124,000 nucleotides of DNA from positions 117,820,001 to 117,944,000 of the forward strand of contig OX597817.1 of assembly GCA_951406725.2 (NCBI GenBank), in the 5' to 3' direction. A model generated the notes under the pieces. That model was not told the origin of the DNA. It did no database searches and saw nothing but the letters and a program-made list of their open reading frames with translations. Both the position numbers and the translations under genes were made by a program. Source of the stretch: Octopus vulgaris (taxonomy: Eukaryota). Below, in pieces: positions 43,764 to 61,145 of this stretch; positions within the stretch are counted from its first letter, which is position 1; every line of letters begins with the position of its first letter.

Positions 43764-46714
43764 TTCGCTGAAACGTGCGCCACATAATTCATTTAATGGA
43801 CATATTTTCAATTCTGAAGAATACAAAATTCATCTGAAAGAGTTTTCCGCCACTAACGACTGGAAATTCTTGAGTAGGAAATAACACATCTACCCACAAG
43901 ATTGTAGAAAATACGGGAACGAAAAGAAAGTTAAATCATTGATTGAATGTACTCCCTTGTATTTAACAATAACAATTCTATCTGATTTACGTTTAAAAAG
44001 AGCAAGTGGAATGTCTGACTAACCCGATATATTGACAAATGCTGAATATTTTAACGTCACTGATATAACGAATGAAACTGGCAATATTACTTTGTAGCTT
44101 ATCTAAACGCAAAGTCAACGCCACTTTAAAATAAAACATTTGTAAAAAATTCTGCAGAAAGTAAAATTATATTTCATCCTACATTCTACCGCCGTGTCTT
44201 TCGCTTCTTTGGAATATATACATTTGAAAATAAAAGAACAATCCTGTACATATTTCTACAATATTATCCTAAAGTACACATGGCAAAGCATTATGTTGAT
44301 TTTATTCATGAAAATGTGGTATAACTAACATTATAAAACCTCGATACTCTTTGATGTATAAACATACACATACGTAAGTACACACTTATATTTGTGCGTT
44401 CACCTGTATATTTACAAACATACATATAAATACACACACATACAGACATATTGTTTGAATTCGCCTTTTTTAAAATTAAGGATAGGTCACATTTATTTAT
44501 TAAAACTTTAAGTTCAGTTTGAAATATACACTATGAATTCAATCTTTTTTAAAAAGAATTTATTTGATTTGTGCATTCAGTTAGTGTTCCTAAATCTATT
44601 AATTTCTTAATGCTTTCTTTTCTCCATCATAAAAATGAAGTAATTATATAACGATCTGCTCTTGTCTGCGCGTGAACTTGCAAATGATCCTGGGGGGTGT
44701 TGGTGATGTTTTGTTTCCAGCATCTGCTTTTATGGGTATTATTGAACGGTTATGTAGATTTTGTATTTATCCCATCTGTAGCTTATTTCTCTGTTAATTT
44801 TCAGTCCATATTTCACTATTAGTGTCATCTCTCTTAATCCCTTCAAACTTTGTGCCAGTAAATTGTGGACCAAGTAAATTTTGTTATTTATTCTCTTTTT
44901 ATTGATTTTTGTTTCGACTACTGGATGTCAGTTTACTGACATGGGTTACTATTTAAAATGCATCGTCAACGGGAAGAAAGTTGCACTTGCATGACCGATG
45001 TTACAATTCAATTCAAGGAGATTTTAATTTTTATATATGCATTAAAACTACATTAGTTATATAGAATAAGCACTGTGGTGTAATTCATTGTGGTTAAATC
45101 CTAGAAAACTAGCATGAGCTGAATAATGACCCACATATCATGATCCTCATATGCGCCATCAGTAAACTGCTTGCATTTTGGGACAAGCATACAAATATTC
45201 CAAAAATAAACAACATACTATTATGCAGCACTAAGTGCGAAGACATTTAAAAAAACTACACAGCACGATTATACATTAATTGGACGCATTCTGCCTCTGT
45301 ACATGCAATTTAGCTTCTCATACATGTACAATAATATTAAGGCACAAAAACAAACGATCGCCTCCTCATCATTATCTCCCTAAACAACACATTTGCAAAC
45401 TGAATATAACACAACAAAATAAAAAATATATAACAGAAAGTTCCAGAGCCATCTTCTGATAAAGATACTGAAATCCTACGTTACGAATGGGGACATTTCA
45501 AACAGAGAGTTTGAATGTCGATTTAGGAACGATAAGGATCAAACTGAAACACATTAATGCATTTAATACAGTATGTGATTCTCACGACACATATACGGTC
45601 CTAACTTTCACCTTGAGCGGAAATAACATGACAATAACTAAAACTTTGAATTCCATATACTCTACTGCATACTGAATTCCATATACTCTACTTGAAAATA
45701 TAAAAAAAAACAAACGTAACATGTTAAAAACAGTTTTAGGAAACTTAAGACAGATAATACCTCCTAAATTAAAACTTACATAAGAAATTTTATTCTATAC
45801 CCTCGAATACGGTCGTACACTTCCAATACTTAGGAGACAAAGTTGAAAGAAACACAATAAACATCTCCAACTCAATCTCGCAAATCAACACGCTCTGAAA
45901 TAGAATCACCAAAATATTCGACCCTACGATAAGAAATATGCGATCATCTAATGAGTTCTATGAATTCTGCAGAAAACCAAGAAATATGGTAGAATTGTCA
46001 ATGTAGATGTCGAAATCTGTATCGCTACCGTCCTGATATTAGAAACTGTAAATGTAGTAGCTGATAGCATATGCAGTTTATAAAACATTATGATTTTTTT
46101 CTGGTGCCCTGGCCAACCAAAGTTATCATCCGCTTCTCTACTCAAAGTAATTTAAATGTGCAAAAGGATGAAGCAGCTAATGAAACTTTCTTGAGTGACT
46201 CATATTGATTGCATTATACATGACAACATAGAAAACAACGTCGTTTGTATGCATAGCAATAATATTTATTCAAGAATTGTTCATGATATATTAATAAGAT
46301 ACTTATAGTCTGATATAAAACTGAAATGGTATATATCTCAAAACTACAATTGAATGGGTATGCGTTTCAAACCAAACCCATAAGGAAATAAGTAAAAGAC
46401 GTATTGAAAAATCAAACTTGAAAATTGATGAGATTTTTGCTGCAACAGACCAGAAAGAAAACAAAGGTTGTACCCTCTACACACACACACACACACACAC
46501 AGACATACACACACACACAGACAAACAGACACACGCAGATGCAAGCGCACAAAACATACATGCACACATAAATATGCATACACATGCTTGTATGTTTATA
46601 TATGTATACACACACGGGTGCACTTTCACACACATATAGATACACAAACACATGCATACCTGTATACATATATATAGAAAGCGATAGATAGATAGATAGA
46701 GATTAATAGATAGA

Positions 46715-46748
<34 letters not shown>

Positions 46749-46905
46749 TACAGACAGGCAGATATATAGATAGACAGATAGATAGATAGATAGAGTTAGA
46801 GAGGGAAAACATTTTGCAAGAGATTAAAACTTTTGCCCATATTTGAGTTCTTAATATATATACATAATACATGCATAAATACATACATAAATATATAGAT
46901 ATATA

Positions 46906-47292
46906 CTAGCAGTACAGCCCGGCGTCGCTCGGGTTTGTTTCGACCTTTTAGAATAGGAATTTTTGAAAAGTAAAACTTTTGCATGATGTAGCTTGTTATT
47001 TTCTTTAAGTGAACATTTTCTGGTTGAAATAAACCGTAAAATAGCGACACAGCAGTCAACAAATCGTAAAAGAATAGGGATTTTCATAGAAAAAAAGTAC
47101 CTTTTTGATATAAATAATTTTTCATCTTAACATGGTCCGATTTGAATCTTTTCTTCTACGGAATGAAGAGCAATTCTTTGTCTATGATACTCTCAATGTT
47201 GATCAACTTGCGCCGCAGGGTCTCGAAGAAGATTATGTTAGTTAAAGGCTACCAAACCTGCCTCACACACACAGACAACTTCAGCTTTATAC

Positions 47293-47295
<3 letters not shown>
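46906..47295 (-). mobile_element. Non-autonomous Helitron-like element
   Basis: 3' hairpin CCCG...CGGG followed by CTAG and then T. The far end has the typical AAAGCTGAAGTTGTCTGTGTG start. Confidence 0.7.
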
Positions 47296-47365
<70 letters not shown>

Positions 47366-47368
47366 TAT

Positions 47369-47418
<50 letters not shown>

Positions 47419-47742
47419 GTGTGTGTGCGTGTTTGATTGCTTGAGTGGCGTCTATGTCGAGTTCGAAGTGGTAAAGCATGAAGTTTGCGATTTAAATTTA
47501 GTGGCACGTTCATCTGCGTGGCTTTCAAATCTCAGGCGTATTGTAGCATGTAAAGTTTCAGCACCCGAAATACCGCGATATTACAAACCTCAGCAAATAC
47601 CTTCCACAGTTTGAATTACCTTAGTCACGTGACGTTTGCCCTGCAATTTTTTTTTATGAGCTATGTCCACTTTATTGCAGCAACGCTAGTTGCAGAAAAT
47701 GCTATTTCACTCTCTCTCACACACACACACTCTCTCTCTCTC

Positions 47743-47821
<79 letters not shown>

Positions 47822-47941
47822 TTTTTCTTTTTTGATAATGATAACGTAATTGCTGCAATAACTTGGAAATTTAATTTCGATGTTAAAGGGTTAGAATTAC
47901 TTCACAACAGAATGCTATTGTTTTTAACCTCCAAAGTAGGT

Positions 47942-47999
<58 letters not shown>

Positions 48000-49227
48000 T
48001 GCACTAGATTGATAATAACTTATTACATATCTTTAAACTACTAATATTTACATAACGACACCTTCCTCTTTGCTTCACCTCTCTTCGCATTCGACTCTTC
48101 GAACCTTGTATTCTACGTATATTTTAACTAAACTTCACCTTTGAACTTCCATACCTTCTCTCGTACGTCAACTCTGTTGTCTCTATACATTAACCGTGAT
48201 ATTTATCCATTGGCAGTTTTTTTACCGACGTCACTCCATTTAAGCATTTTACGTCTACACCAGCACCAAGTACCTATATCTCTTACGTTACCTGAAAATA
48301 GAAATATAGATGTAAACATTATCGACTACACACCCTCAATCTATATGTTTCATGTGTTCACCGGTTGACTGCGGAATAATACTTGGGAGACGATGTTTTC
48401 ATAAGACTGAGTATTATAAGCGCAAGAAAGTTATAGACAGGCAAAACAACTCACTTCCGACGGAATTTAGGCGTGATGGACTTAGATATTTCACCATTTT
48501 GAGGCTATCAATATTACCTATCTGAAGCGAAACGGTGACGATTCGAATCGCCAGTCTATAGCTGTATATATAGTGCAAGAACTAGTTGCTGGTATGCCAT
48601 GGCGATGCATACCTATGATTCAATTCGTTAGAAATATAGATATAGTTTCTGTTATTCCAATTAACAGATGTCAGAAGTATAAAAAATATATAAATATTCA
48701 AGCACATTGACGCTGCTTGAAAACATTAAATTATATAATATGGAAAGTAAATATAATTATTTTACTTATTATTTCACCGCAAAACTTTAAATAAGTCGTT
48801 CACAAATTATCGACATCTCCTACTATCAAAACGCTAATCTTCACTAGACACCGACTGCTAGTCATGAAGAAATCGCATTCATTATGTTTGGATAATCTTA
48901 TGTTGTAACAAGTTGCTATCATGTCTCTTTAGATCTCACAAACGCCAGTGGAATAAATATCTTTGTTGTGCGAAATACATGTGCTGTTTGAACTATTTTA
49001 GATTTAAATAACTACACATCACAGAATAAAATTACAAATTCACAATTAATGTAATACTTTCAAGTTATTTTTGCAATTCATTGTCTGTTTTAAAATATTT
49101 GCTGTGTTGATATTTATAATTTTATATCCACAATTTTTATTCTGTACTTACTTTACCGCACATTTTGTTTATTCTTTATTTTGCATACTTTATTTAGTGT
49201 ATGGTGCGAGTATATATATATATATGC

Positions 49228-49290
<63 letters not shown>

Positions 49291-50012
49291 TGTGTGTGTG
49301 TGTGTGTGTGCTTTATGAAAATATTTCCTCATTCTTTCGTTGTTTCAATACAAAACCATTTTAAAATTGTACACTAATGTCGGGTATTTCACCTTTGAAA
49401 GCCCATGATACCAATTTTGATAACATTTCAAATATTCAAGCATATTATCTTATTTTCAGATACTGTATTTAATAGAAATATATATTTAGTAACAATCTAA
49501 TCTTTATTCCAAATACTCACAATTAAAATAAGTTCATAAATAGAATAAACAAAATGAAATGCAATAATCTCATATAAATGTCATTGAAAAATTATATTAA
49601 TTTCATTGATTTTCTGATTAAGTAGAAAATTTATTTTATCAGACTTGGGTACAATATGACGTTTGTGTTATTGTCAAAGAGGAATGGAATCCAACATTGG
49701 TGCCTCGACAAGTTTCCAGTTCGAAAATACTTGCAGAAACCTTTAAAATGCCAGTTAATTTGATCTAAATCTGTCTTAGATTAATCTATTTCCTTCTTTT
49801 TAATTAGTTTTGGATCTTCATTAAAGTGCCTTTGGTGTGCTATTAGTACTTATTTTAACGATAAAGACGCACTACAATGAACTTGATTTTCCAAATTGCC
49901 GGCACAAATTAGCAATTTTATCTCAAAATACGTGACCCATTTATATATTATTGTAGTAGTTATCTTACTCAGGCGAATAAATTTATCAATCTAAGCAATT
50001 GAGTATATTACG

Positions 50013-50090
<78 letters not shown>

Positions 50091-50638
50091 TATATGTATA
50101 TGTTTTGAATTTAAATTGAAAATATCGGCAAAATATGTTGTGTCATTTTTATGTCTGACTGCAACCGTGAAAAATAATCATGCATTCATTCCAATACTGT
50201 ATATATTCGCTAAACTGAAATATGCAATAATATAAATATTGTCAATTTACAGATATGCTGATGCATATCTGTAAATTACTTATCTGTTTTGAATTTATAC
50301 ATTGTTATATATTATTTACGTTGTTTTTATGATATATTAACATATTTGATATTGTAATATGCCAGAGCAAATATTTATGTTTTTGGAGCAAATGATAATA
50401 GGTGACCTGTATGTAACTCAATAAGTGATACATAAATTGATACAGCAGCGATAGTGGTAAAACAAAAGAAGACTTAAAAGCATTTTACTTCCGCAGGAAT
50501 GACACCTAAAATCATAGTTCACATTCTATTACATACACTATAGTTGTGCATTTACCATCCGTGAAAAATAAACCAGCTTGAAATTATAGGATACTTTTAT
50601 GAAGGAAAACGTACCCCCATGAATATCTTAGTATATAC

Positions 50639-50684
<46 letters not shown>

Positions 50685-51059
50685 ATGATAATTGCTCTGT
50701 CGTTTTTCTTCCCTTAGCTGAGTATGACAAAGAAGTAATTCTCCCACACATATTGATATCCTAGTAAGCATCCAAATAAAAGAAACCCGATTGATTTACA
50801 TAAATCCCCTTAGACATACGTTGTCTCCTCTGGCGCAGAGGTTTACTGTTGTTTCATCTGTTTATTTTATAAAAACTTCACGCCCTCTACTCGACACCGG
50901 CATGCCACGAGTTGCCTCAATGTAAGCTTTATTTTTTAACACATGTGTCTTCCTTTCACGTTCGACGTTGCCCACAACTCTAAGCAAATACACTGACCAC
51001 TCCGAATTATTGCCACCTGGAACCCATTCTATTTTTAAGGATATCTTGCGGGTTTTATT

Positions 51060-52500
51060 GTTTAACAGAATAGTGAACCTCACTGGCTGCGGTGAGAAAG
51101 CATGTGTATGTGACATGGTGGAAATATGAAAGCAAGTGTACCTGAAAACGGTTATAAACAGCTGGAAACAATTGAGGCAGGTTGAATTCAATACCAAAAT
51201 ATGAAAGAAAAGACAAAGAAAGAGTACCTGCAGTGATTGAGAAAAATACTACCTTCAAAGCAGAATGCCAGCAACATGATTGTGGTAGTAAATTCACGCA
51301 GTCACAGTAGTCAGATATGGCCCTGGAATCTTGAAGTGAACAGAGGAGGAGCTAAAGTACTTAAACAGGAAGACAAGAAAGCTCCTACCTAAGGATGCGT
51401 GGAGTCCATCACCCACGTGCATACCTTGAAGAAGAGGACAAATGAAGAGGTCAAATAGAGGAAGAGGAATGGCATGATGAGGACAAATACAGGAAAGGTA
51501 CTGGCAAGTGTGGAAGACTGCGTATGTATCGAACTCGAGAGCTTAACCAGATACCTAGCCCAAAGTAAGGAAACTTTTCTAGAGTGAGTTAGGAATGAGA
51601 GTATTGAAAGCAGAGAAAAAATGAAAAAAAGAAGTAGGAAAAGGACGAAGAAGAAGTACGCAACAAGGGACTACACAATTAATTCAATGTAGCCTCAACT
51701 GAATTTGCTAGAAAACATAGTTGGGATTGGCTAAAGTAAGGAAGACTGAAAAAAGAAACCGAGAGCACTATACTGGCAACGCAAAACCAGGCTTTGATCC
51801 TGAATTGGAGGGTGAACCTTAGGAATGAAGAAGTATATTCACTGGTTTCAATGTACTGCAGGTGTAATAGAGTGGGCGAGACCTTTGCCCATATCACGAA
51901 CGAGTGGTGACACGATGAGGTAGCGAAAGTCTTACACTGTAAACTGTGCGAAAAATGGGGATTAGAGAGAGCTACGACGTGATATGAACACAAACCGCAG
52001 AGTGTTGGAGTCGGAGACTCGCAAACTCCGCTGAGATTTTCCAATCCAAACAAATCAGGTGCTAGACATAACAAACCAGACTAAATAGTAGTCGGCAAGG
52101 TGTACCACATATGCTATATAGTTGATGTTGCGAGCCCCTTTGGCCCACGAGTAGTCAAGAAGGAAATCGATAAAGTAAATATATACAATTCTCTTAAGTA
52201 CGAAATTGACCGGCTATGGAAAATGAAGTAAGTGAAGATAGTGCCATTAATTGTTGAGTCCTTCGGAAGTGTATCAGAATACATCAAGAGGTATATAAAG
52301 GAAATCAGAATTGAGTGTCCAGTAGAACTATCACAAAAGGTTTGCCTCCTTGGCAAGGCCAGGATAATCAGGTAAGTATTGGATAGTTGGAAAGATCAGA
52401 TAGCATACTACCGTAAGATGCAGGCAGTAAGCTCACCACACATGTAAGACTGCGGGTCTTACAACAGAGCCTAAGATAAAAAGAGTAACATTAGCAGCAA
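51060..52500 (+). mobile_element. Decayed R4/Dong-like LINE, post-RT, zinc knuckle, REL endonuclease and 3' UTR
   Basis: KEYLQ.LRKIL, ETESTILATQNQAL, IVDVASPF..RVVKKEIDKV..Y..LKYEIDRLWKM, QKVCLLGKARII. Followed by (TAG)n. Confidence 0.85.
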
Positions 52501-52526
52501 CAGCATCAGCTGCAGTAGCATCAGCT

Positions 52527-52599
<73 letters not shown>

Positions 52600-52642
52600 C
52601 AGCAGCAGTAGTAGTAGTAGTAGTAGTAGTAGTCGTAGTATC

Positions 52643-52706
<64 letters not shown>
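52527..52706. repeat. (TAG)n microsatellite
   Basis: Directly visible. Confidence 0.97.
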
Positions 52707-52707
<1 letters not shown>

Positions 52708-52789
52708 GTGGAGGAGGAGGAGGGAGTAAATTATACTGGGAATTTGGCAAAATTAAGATGGAAGTAGAAGAAACACCTAAGACATTATT

Positions 52790-53390
52790 GTGAAAGAGTT
52801 CTGGAAGAAAACATGGAGTGACGAAACAGTATAAGGTTGAAGTTGACTGAAGGGAACATGAGATAGAGAGACTTCTGAAGTTGAAGAACAGAAGTGGGAG
52901 GAAATAGGATTAGAATAACTAAGATGCGTTTTTAGAAAGTCTCACAAATTGAAAACCCCAGGACCATATCGAATCTCAAACTTTTGGCGAAATTGTTTGG
53001 CACAAGTGCAGGAAAATCTTGTTGTATCTCTCACTGACATCATTGAGGACTCAGAGCAAGTACCTGTCTGGCAGACTTGAGGAATTACATAACCATATAC
53101 TAATGGCATAAAAAACCGAAGAATTACTGAACAATAACATATCTCAATACCACTTACAATATTCACACATCTATAACAATTGAAGGAATGTACGCCTTCC
53201 TTGAATGTACGCCTTCCTGTCCGCAAGATCAAAAAGTTTGTTGAAGAAATTTCTAGGTGAACAAAGACCAATTGCTCATAAATAGATTGATTTTAGGAAA
53301 TTGCCAGAACCAAAGTACTTGAGTTTGGCATGGAAGACTAAAAGAAAGCGTTTGATAATATCCTTCAGACATGGATACGCAAGGCCCTTG
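52790..53390 (+). mobile_element. Decayed R4/Dong-like LINE, RT N-terminal fragment
   Basis: FWKKTWS, KTPGP..ISNFW, TKDQLLINRLILGNC, KKAFD..PQTWI in broken frames. Confidence 0.7.
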
Positions 53391-53407
53391 ATACATATAT
53401 ATATATA

Positions 53408-54210
53408 CTAGCAGTATTGCCCGGCTCGTGCGCTCGTGCGTTCTATGCACGCATGAATTAAGCTAAACTTGGATGAAGTTCAATCAAAATTCAGTTATTT
53501 GGGTTTTAAAATCAAGCATTTAATGCCCTCTATTTTTGCGCTCATATGTTCCATTTCCTCAATAGAAAGTACGTAGAAGCTTTTCATAAATTTTTGTCGA
53601 GCATATAATTGCATTGTTGAATTATTCTTTTAGATCAGTGTTTCTCAACGGGGATTTCAGGGAAGAGTTTCAGGGAGTCGCTGGCGATGTATCGTGATGA
53701 TAAAAAGTCCGGCCTGCTAAAATTTGGTTCAAGTGATTCAAACTGCAGACTCAACGCAAAAGACTCACATTTAATTCAAAGCGTCAAAAATGTTATGAAA
53801 GCAATTGCTATGTGTTCACAAAGTCCAAACGATTAATACGAAAAAACCCTTCAGGCTACATCCCGAAAATTCATTTTTTTATCGAATCTCTACAATGTTT
53901 ACGGCGATTCGTTTTTATATCTTGATTTTTTATTTTTCATGCAATTTACGCATGCTTGCACGCGTGGTGCACGCAAATCACGTCAAACAGCTGACTGAGT
54001 AAAGTTCACTATTCAATGCATGGAATAAGGCCTAAACAAACACATTTTCGAGTTTTGCACTTGCGAGATGAATTTCGGAACAGATATAGCGCAGTTCAAT
54101 TTTCATTCGCCTAAAATTTAAGTGAGCCATTTTTTGTGGTTCTACTATTTGTTGGCTAGGAGGAGATGTGCCGGGAAGTTAAACACACAGACACATAAGT
54201 TGAGTTATAT
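53408..54210 (-). mobile_element. Non-autonomous Helitron-like element
   Basis: Same terminus (ACTAGCAGTATTGCCCGG on the + strand). The far end reads ..TGTGTCTGTGTG. Confidence 0.6.
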
Positions 54211-55218
54211 ATATATATATATATGATTTCTCGTCATCTCCAAATTCTTATGAGTTAGAATGGCCAATAATATGGTGTGCGAATCCAACAACATCAGCAT
54301 CAAATGAGGCAACTTCCAAGGTGACCCCCCACTCCATTACTTTTCACATAACACTGATGTCAGTCTCAAATGAATTGTAAAACATTGGCTTTCGGTACAA
54401 CATTCTCCGCACGATAAGACACCATGGGCGATCTAAAGTTGTTTGAAAAGAATGACCAAGAGCTATAAGAGACCATGGGAGATCTAACCAAGAGCTAGAT
54501 GGGCTGCTGTACATTCTAAACATATGCACGAAATTACAGAAACTTTGTTAGCTAGTATTATTCGTAGATTTATCTCCAATACAAATCTTTAAGCTTATGA
54601 TGCCGATATGCGTAATGTTTATGTAACATTGACGGATCGACACTATTTCCCTTTGTGAAACTACACAGATTCTTACAGCGTTTCAAACCAAATTTAATTT
54701 CGTCAGAGAACGCACAAGATCAATGACTATCTTTAATGCCGGTGATACTTTGCTAAAAAGAAATATGAGTCATAATTGGGCACTGATCGCCCGTTGAAGT
54801 TCATTATTAATACAGATTTCCTAAAGGGATAGAATGAAAATATATGCAAGAGATGAATCATAATTTTCTACTACGTGGATCAAGGAGTGGAGTCCACACA
54901 AGTACAATGAATTCTTAGTTATATTAACCGGATTAAACAGAATTTACATACTGAGTGGCAGTTCGGAGAAAGCATGCCACTAGGAAACAATCGAAGACAA
55001 CATCTGCATTAATAACCCAAATCAATTCATACCTGAAGAATACTTTGATAAGCTCATATGTTAGATAAATTTACATGATTAGTGAAGAGAGAGAAGAGAG
55101 AGAAGAGAGGGAGAAGGAGATTAAGTAAGAGAGAGCATGTGCTTTGGGTCGTAAGACATATGAATATGAGTATATATACATATATACATATATATACATA
55201 CATACATACATATATAGA

Positions 55219-55254
<36 letters not shown>

Positions 55255-56379
55255 TTAATAAAGGAATGCCGTTCGACGTTAATGAGATAGTTCATTTGAA
55301 AATTAGTTATCATTCTCACGGAAATAGTGTATTGTTATAAGGTCAATATATATAATCAATTGTTCCTTCTTCAGAAGATTAATAATACGTAATCACCCAT
55401 GGGATCAAATCCCTTGTGGGAGATGAACACAAATCATTAAATGAAAGAAATTAATGACTAAGTATATGAACATTACTTTCATAATAAATCAGTCATCTTC
55501 ATCATGTAGCGTGCAGTTATTTAGAACTATTTATCCTTTCAAAAGGCAGTGATTCTGTAGGATAGCGAACAAAATCTGAAGTTATATTTCATTGAGTGTC
55601 TTAAATGTTGAGTTTTAATTCTCCCTAAGCTGAAACATATTTTCCTCTTTTTGAGGTACCAATTGTCTGTATGTACTTAGATACAAATTCTGATGCTCTA
55701 GTGTAAGCAGCAATGTAACTGATAGTCTATACTAACTAACTTAATCTTACATATACCAGAGTCATGCGAAGTAAAGTATTGGTCGCACATTTTGTCTCAG
55801 TGCCAGAAATATCGGGACAGGAGACAGCCGATTACATCGGTTTTTGTACTCATCTGCTATTCTATCGACTCCCAAAGGATGTAAGGCAATATCAACTTCG
55901 GTGGAATTTGAAATCAGAATACAAAGATGTACGAATTGCCGCTTAGAATTACAACGCCTTCGCCTCAAGCAAAATATTATCAACTAGAATGTTCTTCAGG
56001 AGCGAAAACTACTAGGTCATTTTTCTTGGATTAATTCTCAGCATGATGTACACTGCCTTCCATTTTTCTAGGCCCACAGAAATAAAATACCAATTTGATA
56101 GTAGATTATACATAATCGACTTTTATCTACTATCCAAATTTAGGAATTCGTGTGAAGTTTCAATTTCATTTCACACAAACCCTACTCAGAAACTGCACTC
56201 AACTTTGCAGTGCGTAGGTTCTTACTTTCATTGTCGGTATATTTCGAGTCATCTCCACTGAGGCATCGAGTAGGGTCAGTCTCAGTCCCATATTTGCGAA
56301 ATGACACCTAATAGCTATGTGACATATATTTGACAAACACGAGCTGCCCACCTAACCAGAACCTCTGTAACGAGAACAC

Positions 56380-56900
56380 AGTAAGCAGGATCTACCTCGG
56401 AAAAAAGATAGTAGCTTTGTACACCGGAACACTCAGTGCAGTTCGGTATCGGTGTTTTAGATCTGATTTTTTGCTGGTTAGCTCTGGAATCTCTCAGAAG
56501 TTTTTTGTCTTTGCTCCTACTTGTTCAATACTATCATTGATTGGATACGTGGCCAACTGGTGGCATGATCGAGTTGTGGTGCACTCATAATCTAGGATGA
56601 AAGACCTTGGGTTTGATGGTGAGATTTATTCTTGCTAATTCTCTGTATGACTTAAGAGGCGCTTTTCCTTAACTGAGAGAGAGACAGAAAGCGGAGTCGT
56701 TTGACCTTGGAATCTCTCGGAGCAAAACAAAGATGAAGCTCTTTGTTAGCTTCTTTGCGGACTCCACCACAGTTGTTCTTGTGGGTGATAATGTCGAGGT
56801 TGCTAGCCACGTCACTTATCTCGATAGTAAGATTAATAGTGGAATTACCTGCGAATCAGAAGTCTTAAGCAATTTGGTGGAGCTGGTGCAATTGTTGACT
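56380..56900 (+). mobile_element. RTE-like LINE RT fragment
   Basis: SGISQ..FAP.LFNTIIDWI, LGISRSKTKM, VEVASHVTYLDSKI. Confidence 0.65.
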
Positions 56901-58669
56901 TAGTGGACAGCTATGTTGACGGCATCTAATCAATCTACAAATATTAATCTATCACTAGATCTATACATACGCTATTTGCTGGATGAGAACTATAGGCGGA
57001 GACAGAATATTTACTCGTTAAGAATATACAAAAGAGATTAGTAATAATATTTGAAATATTTGAAATTGGAAATACTGTGAGCGTTTATGTATTATTAAAA
57101 ATAAGAGATCTGAGTATTTGATAATAATAAATAACCCAACATTACATTTATCGAAAAGCTGCGTTTAAATCCAGCAATGTATGTGTGAACCGTTTATATA
57201 TTAGCAGGGCAGAAGCTCGTGTAAAACAATCTCCGATAAATAGTAATTCTGCGAAACAGAAATGAATATTATGATACAAGGAGTATTGCACTAATTTCGC
57301 TGATACTCATTAAGTTGTGGCCTCGATGATATCAAGTAATCCCTACACTCAAATGTGCTCGTAAAATTGTTTGTGCGCCGGCAAAAATGCAAAGCGGTCT
57401 TTCTTCCGTCTCCTCGCGTCCTAAACGCAAATTCCGCCGAGGATGGCTTTGCTTTGCATTCTCTTGGGGTCGATAGATAACTACCAGTCAAGTATTGGGG
57501 TTGATGAGATCGACCTGCTCTTTCCTCAAAGTTTCAATCTTTGCGCCTATAGTCGAAATGATTAATATTATTTTGAAGACGGTGACCTGGAAGGATCTTC
57601 AGTGCACTGGGGAAAATACATAGCGTTATTTCGTCCGACTTTGTCTTCTGAGTTCAAATTTCATCATGGTGGACTTTGCCTTTTAACCTTTCGTGGTCGA
57701 TAAAACAAATATCAGTCAAGTACTAGTGTGAATATAATCTCCTAGCACAAAATTTCCACCCTATGACTATAATACAAGGGTTTATTTTCCTCTTCCCCCT
57801 CATCATCATCGTCATCGCCATCATCTTCATCACCGCCATCATCATCATCAAGGTTATTATGGAGCCTATTACTTCTCATCACGCCTTAATATCCTAAAAT
57901 CACGCAATATTAATGTAATCCAGTTTTCTTGTGAGCAAGAAGGTAAGCTATGGCTAGAATGCCATTCTGTGTATGTATACTCCATGAAATCCAAGTTGTG
58001 GCTAAATCACATAAAGAAACAAATAACATAAAAGGAAATCTGATAGAATGCATTTATTTAGCATGCACTAGTGTGATGTGTACGTTGGAAGCAGAAATAT
58101 GAATAAGTTTAGTATTGCTTAACGACGCATTTCGTTATTCCACAAATATGCAATTCATAGTTTTTACCAAACAAATGACACCTCACTGTCAAGATTGATA
58201 CTCTAAAATACTATTTAACGTCAAAACAAAGGTAATAATACATACATGAATGAGATCTTCGTACACAGTACAGGTTAAAGAATAAGTAAGACTTTTAAAC
58301 AATTCACATTATGCAAATGATATTGATTTCAAAGTTTGGACCAAAGCAAGTAACTCCAGGGAAACAAGTCGATTACATCGACCCTAATACTCAACTGCTG
58401 CTTCCTTTATCGACCCTGAAAGTTCGACGGGCAAAATTGCTGGCCCTGTGCCAAAATTTGAAACCAATATTAATAAAATGTTTAATATCACTATTGCCGG
58501 GTGCAACATTGTCATCCTCAATGGCATCAGTTTCATTACCACCGTTATTCACAATATTCTGTTTCCATTGTCACTCATATGGGGTAGCGATTACCAGTGT
58601 TTTTATTGTGACACCACGAATAGATGTATCATAAATCAGGACATAGGGAGATTCCACCTGCTTCCTTTC

Positions 58670-60977
<2,308 letters not shown>

Positions 60978-61009
60978 GTTGATACGCCAGGGTGTGCTAC
61001 ATTTATTGG

Positions 61010-61145
61010 TAATTATTCTATTTTGGTTTTACGTGAAAACATGTCTCCTCCAATCTCAAGATTCTACCTCAGGATTCTTGTAGAATATAGGAGAGTACTT
61101 TCCTGCAGGTCTGCAACCCGAGTTATAGTTTCAATTTCTTTCAGG
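61010..61145 (-). mobile_element. Short R4/Dong-like C-terminal fragment
   Basis: LKEIETITRVADLQESTLLYSTRILR resembles the REL C-terminus. Confidence 0.4.
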
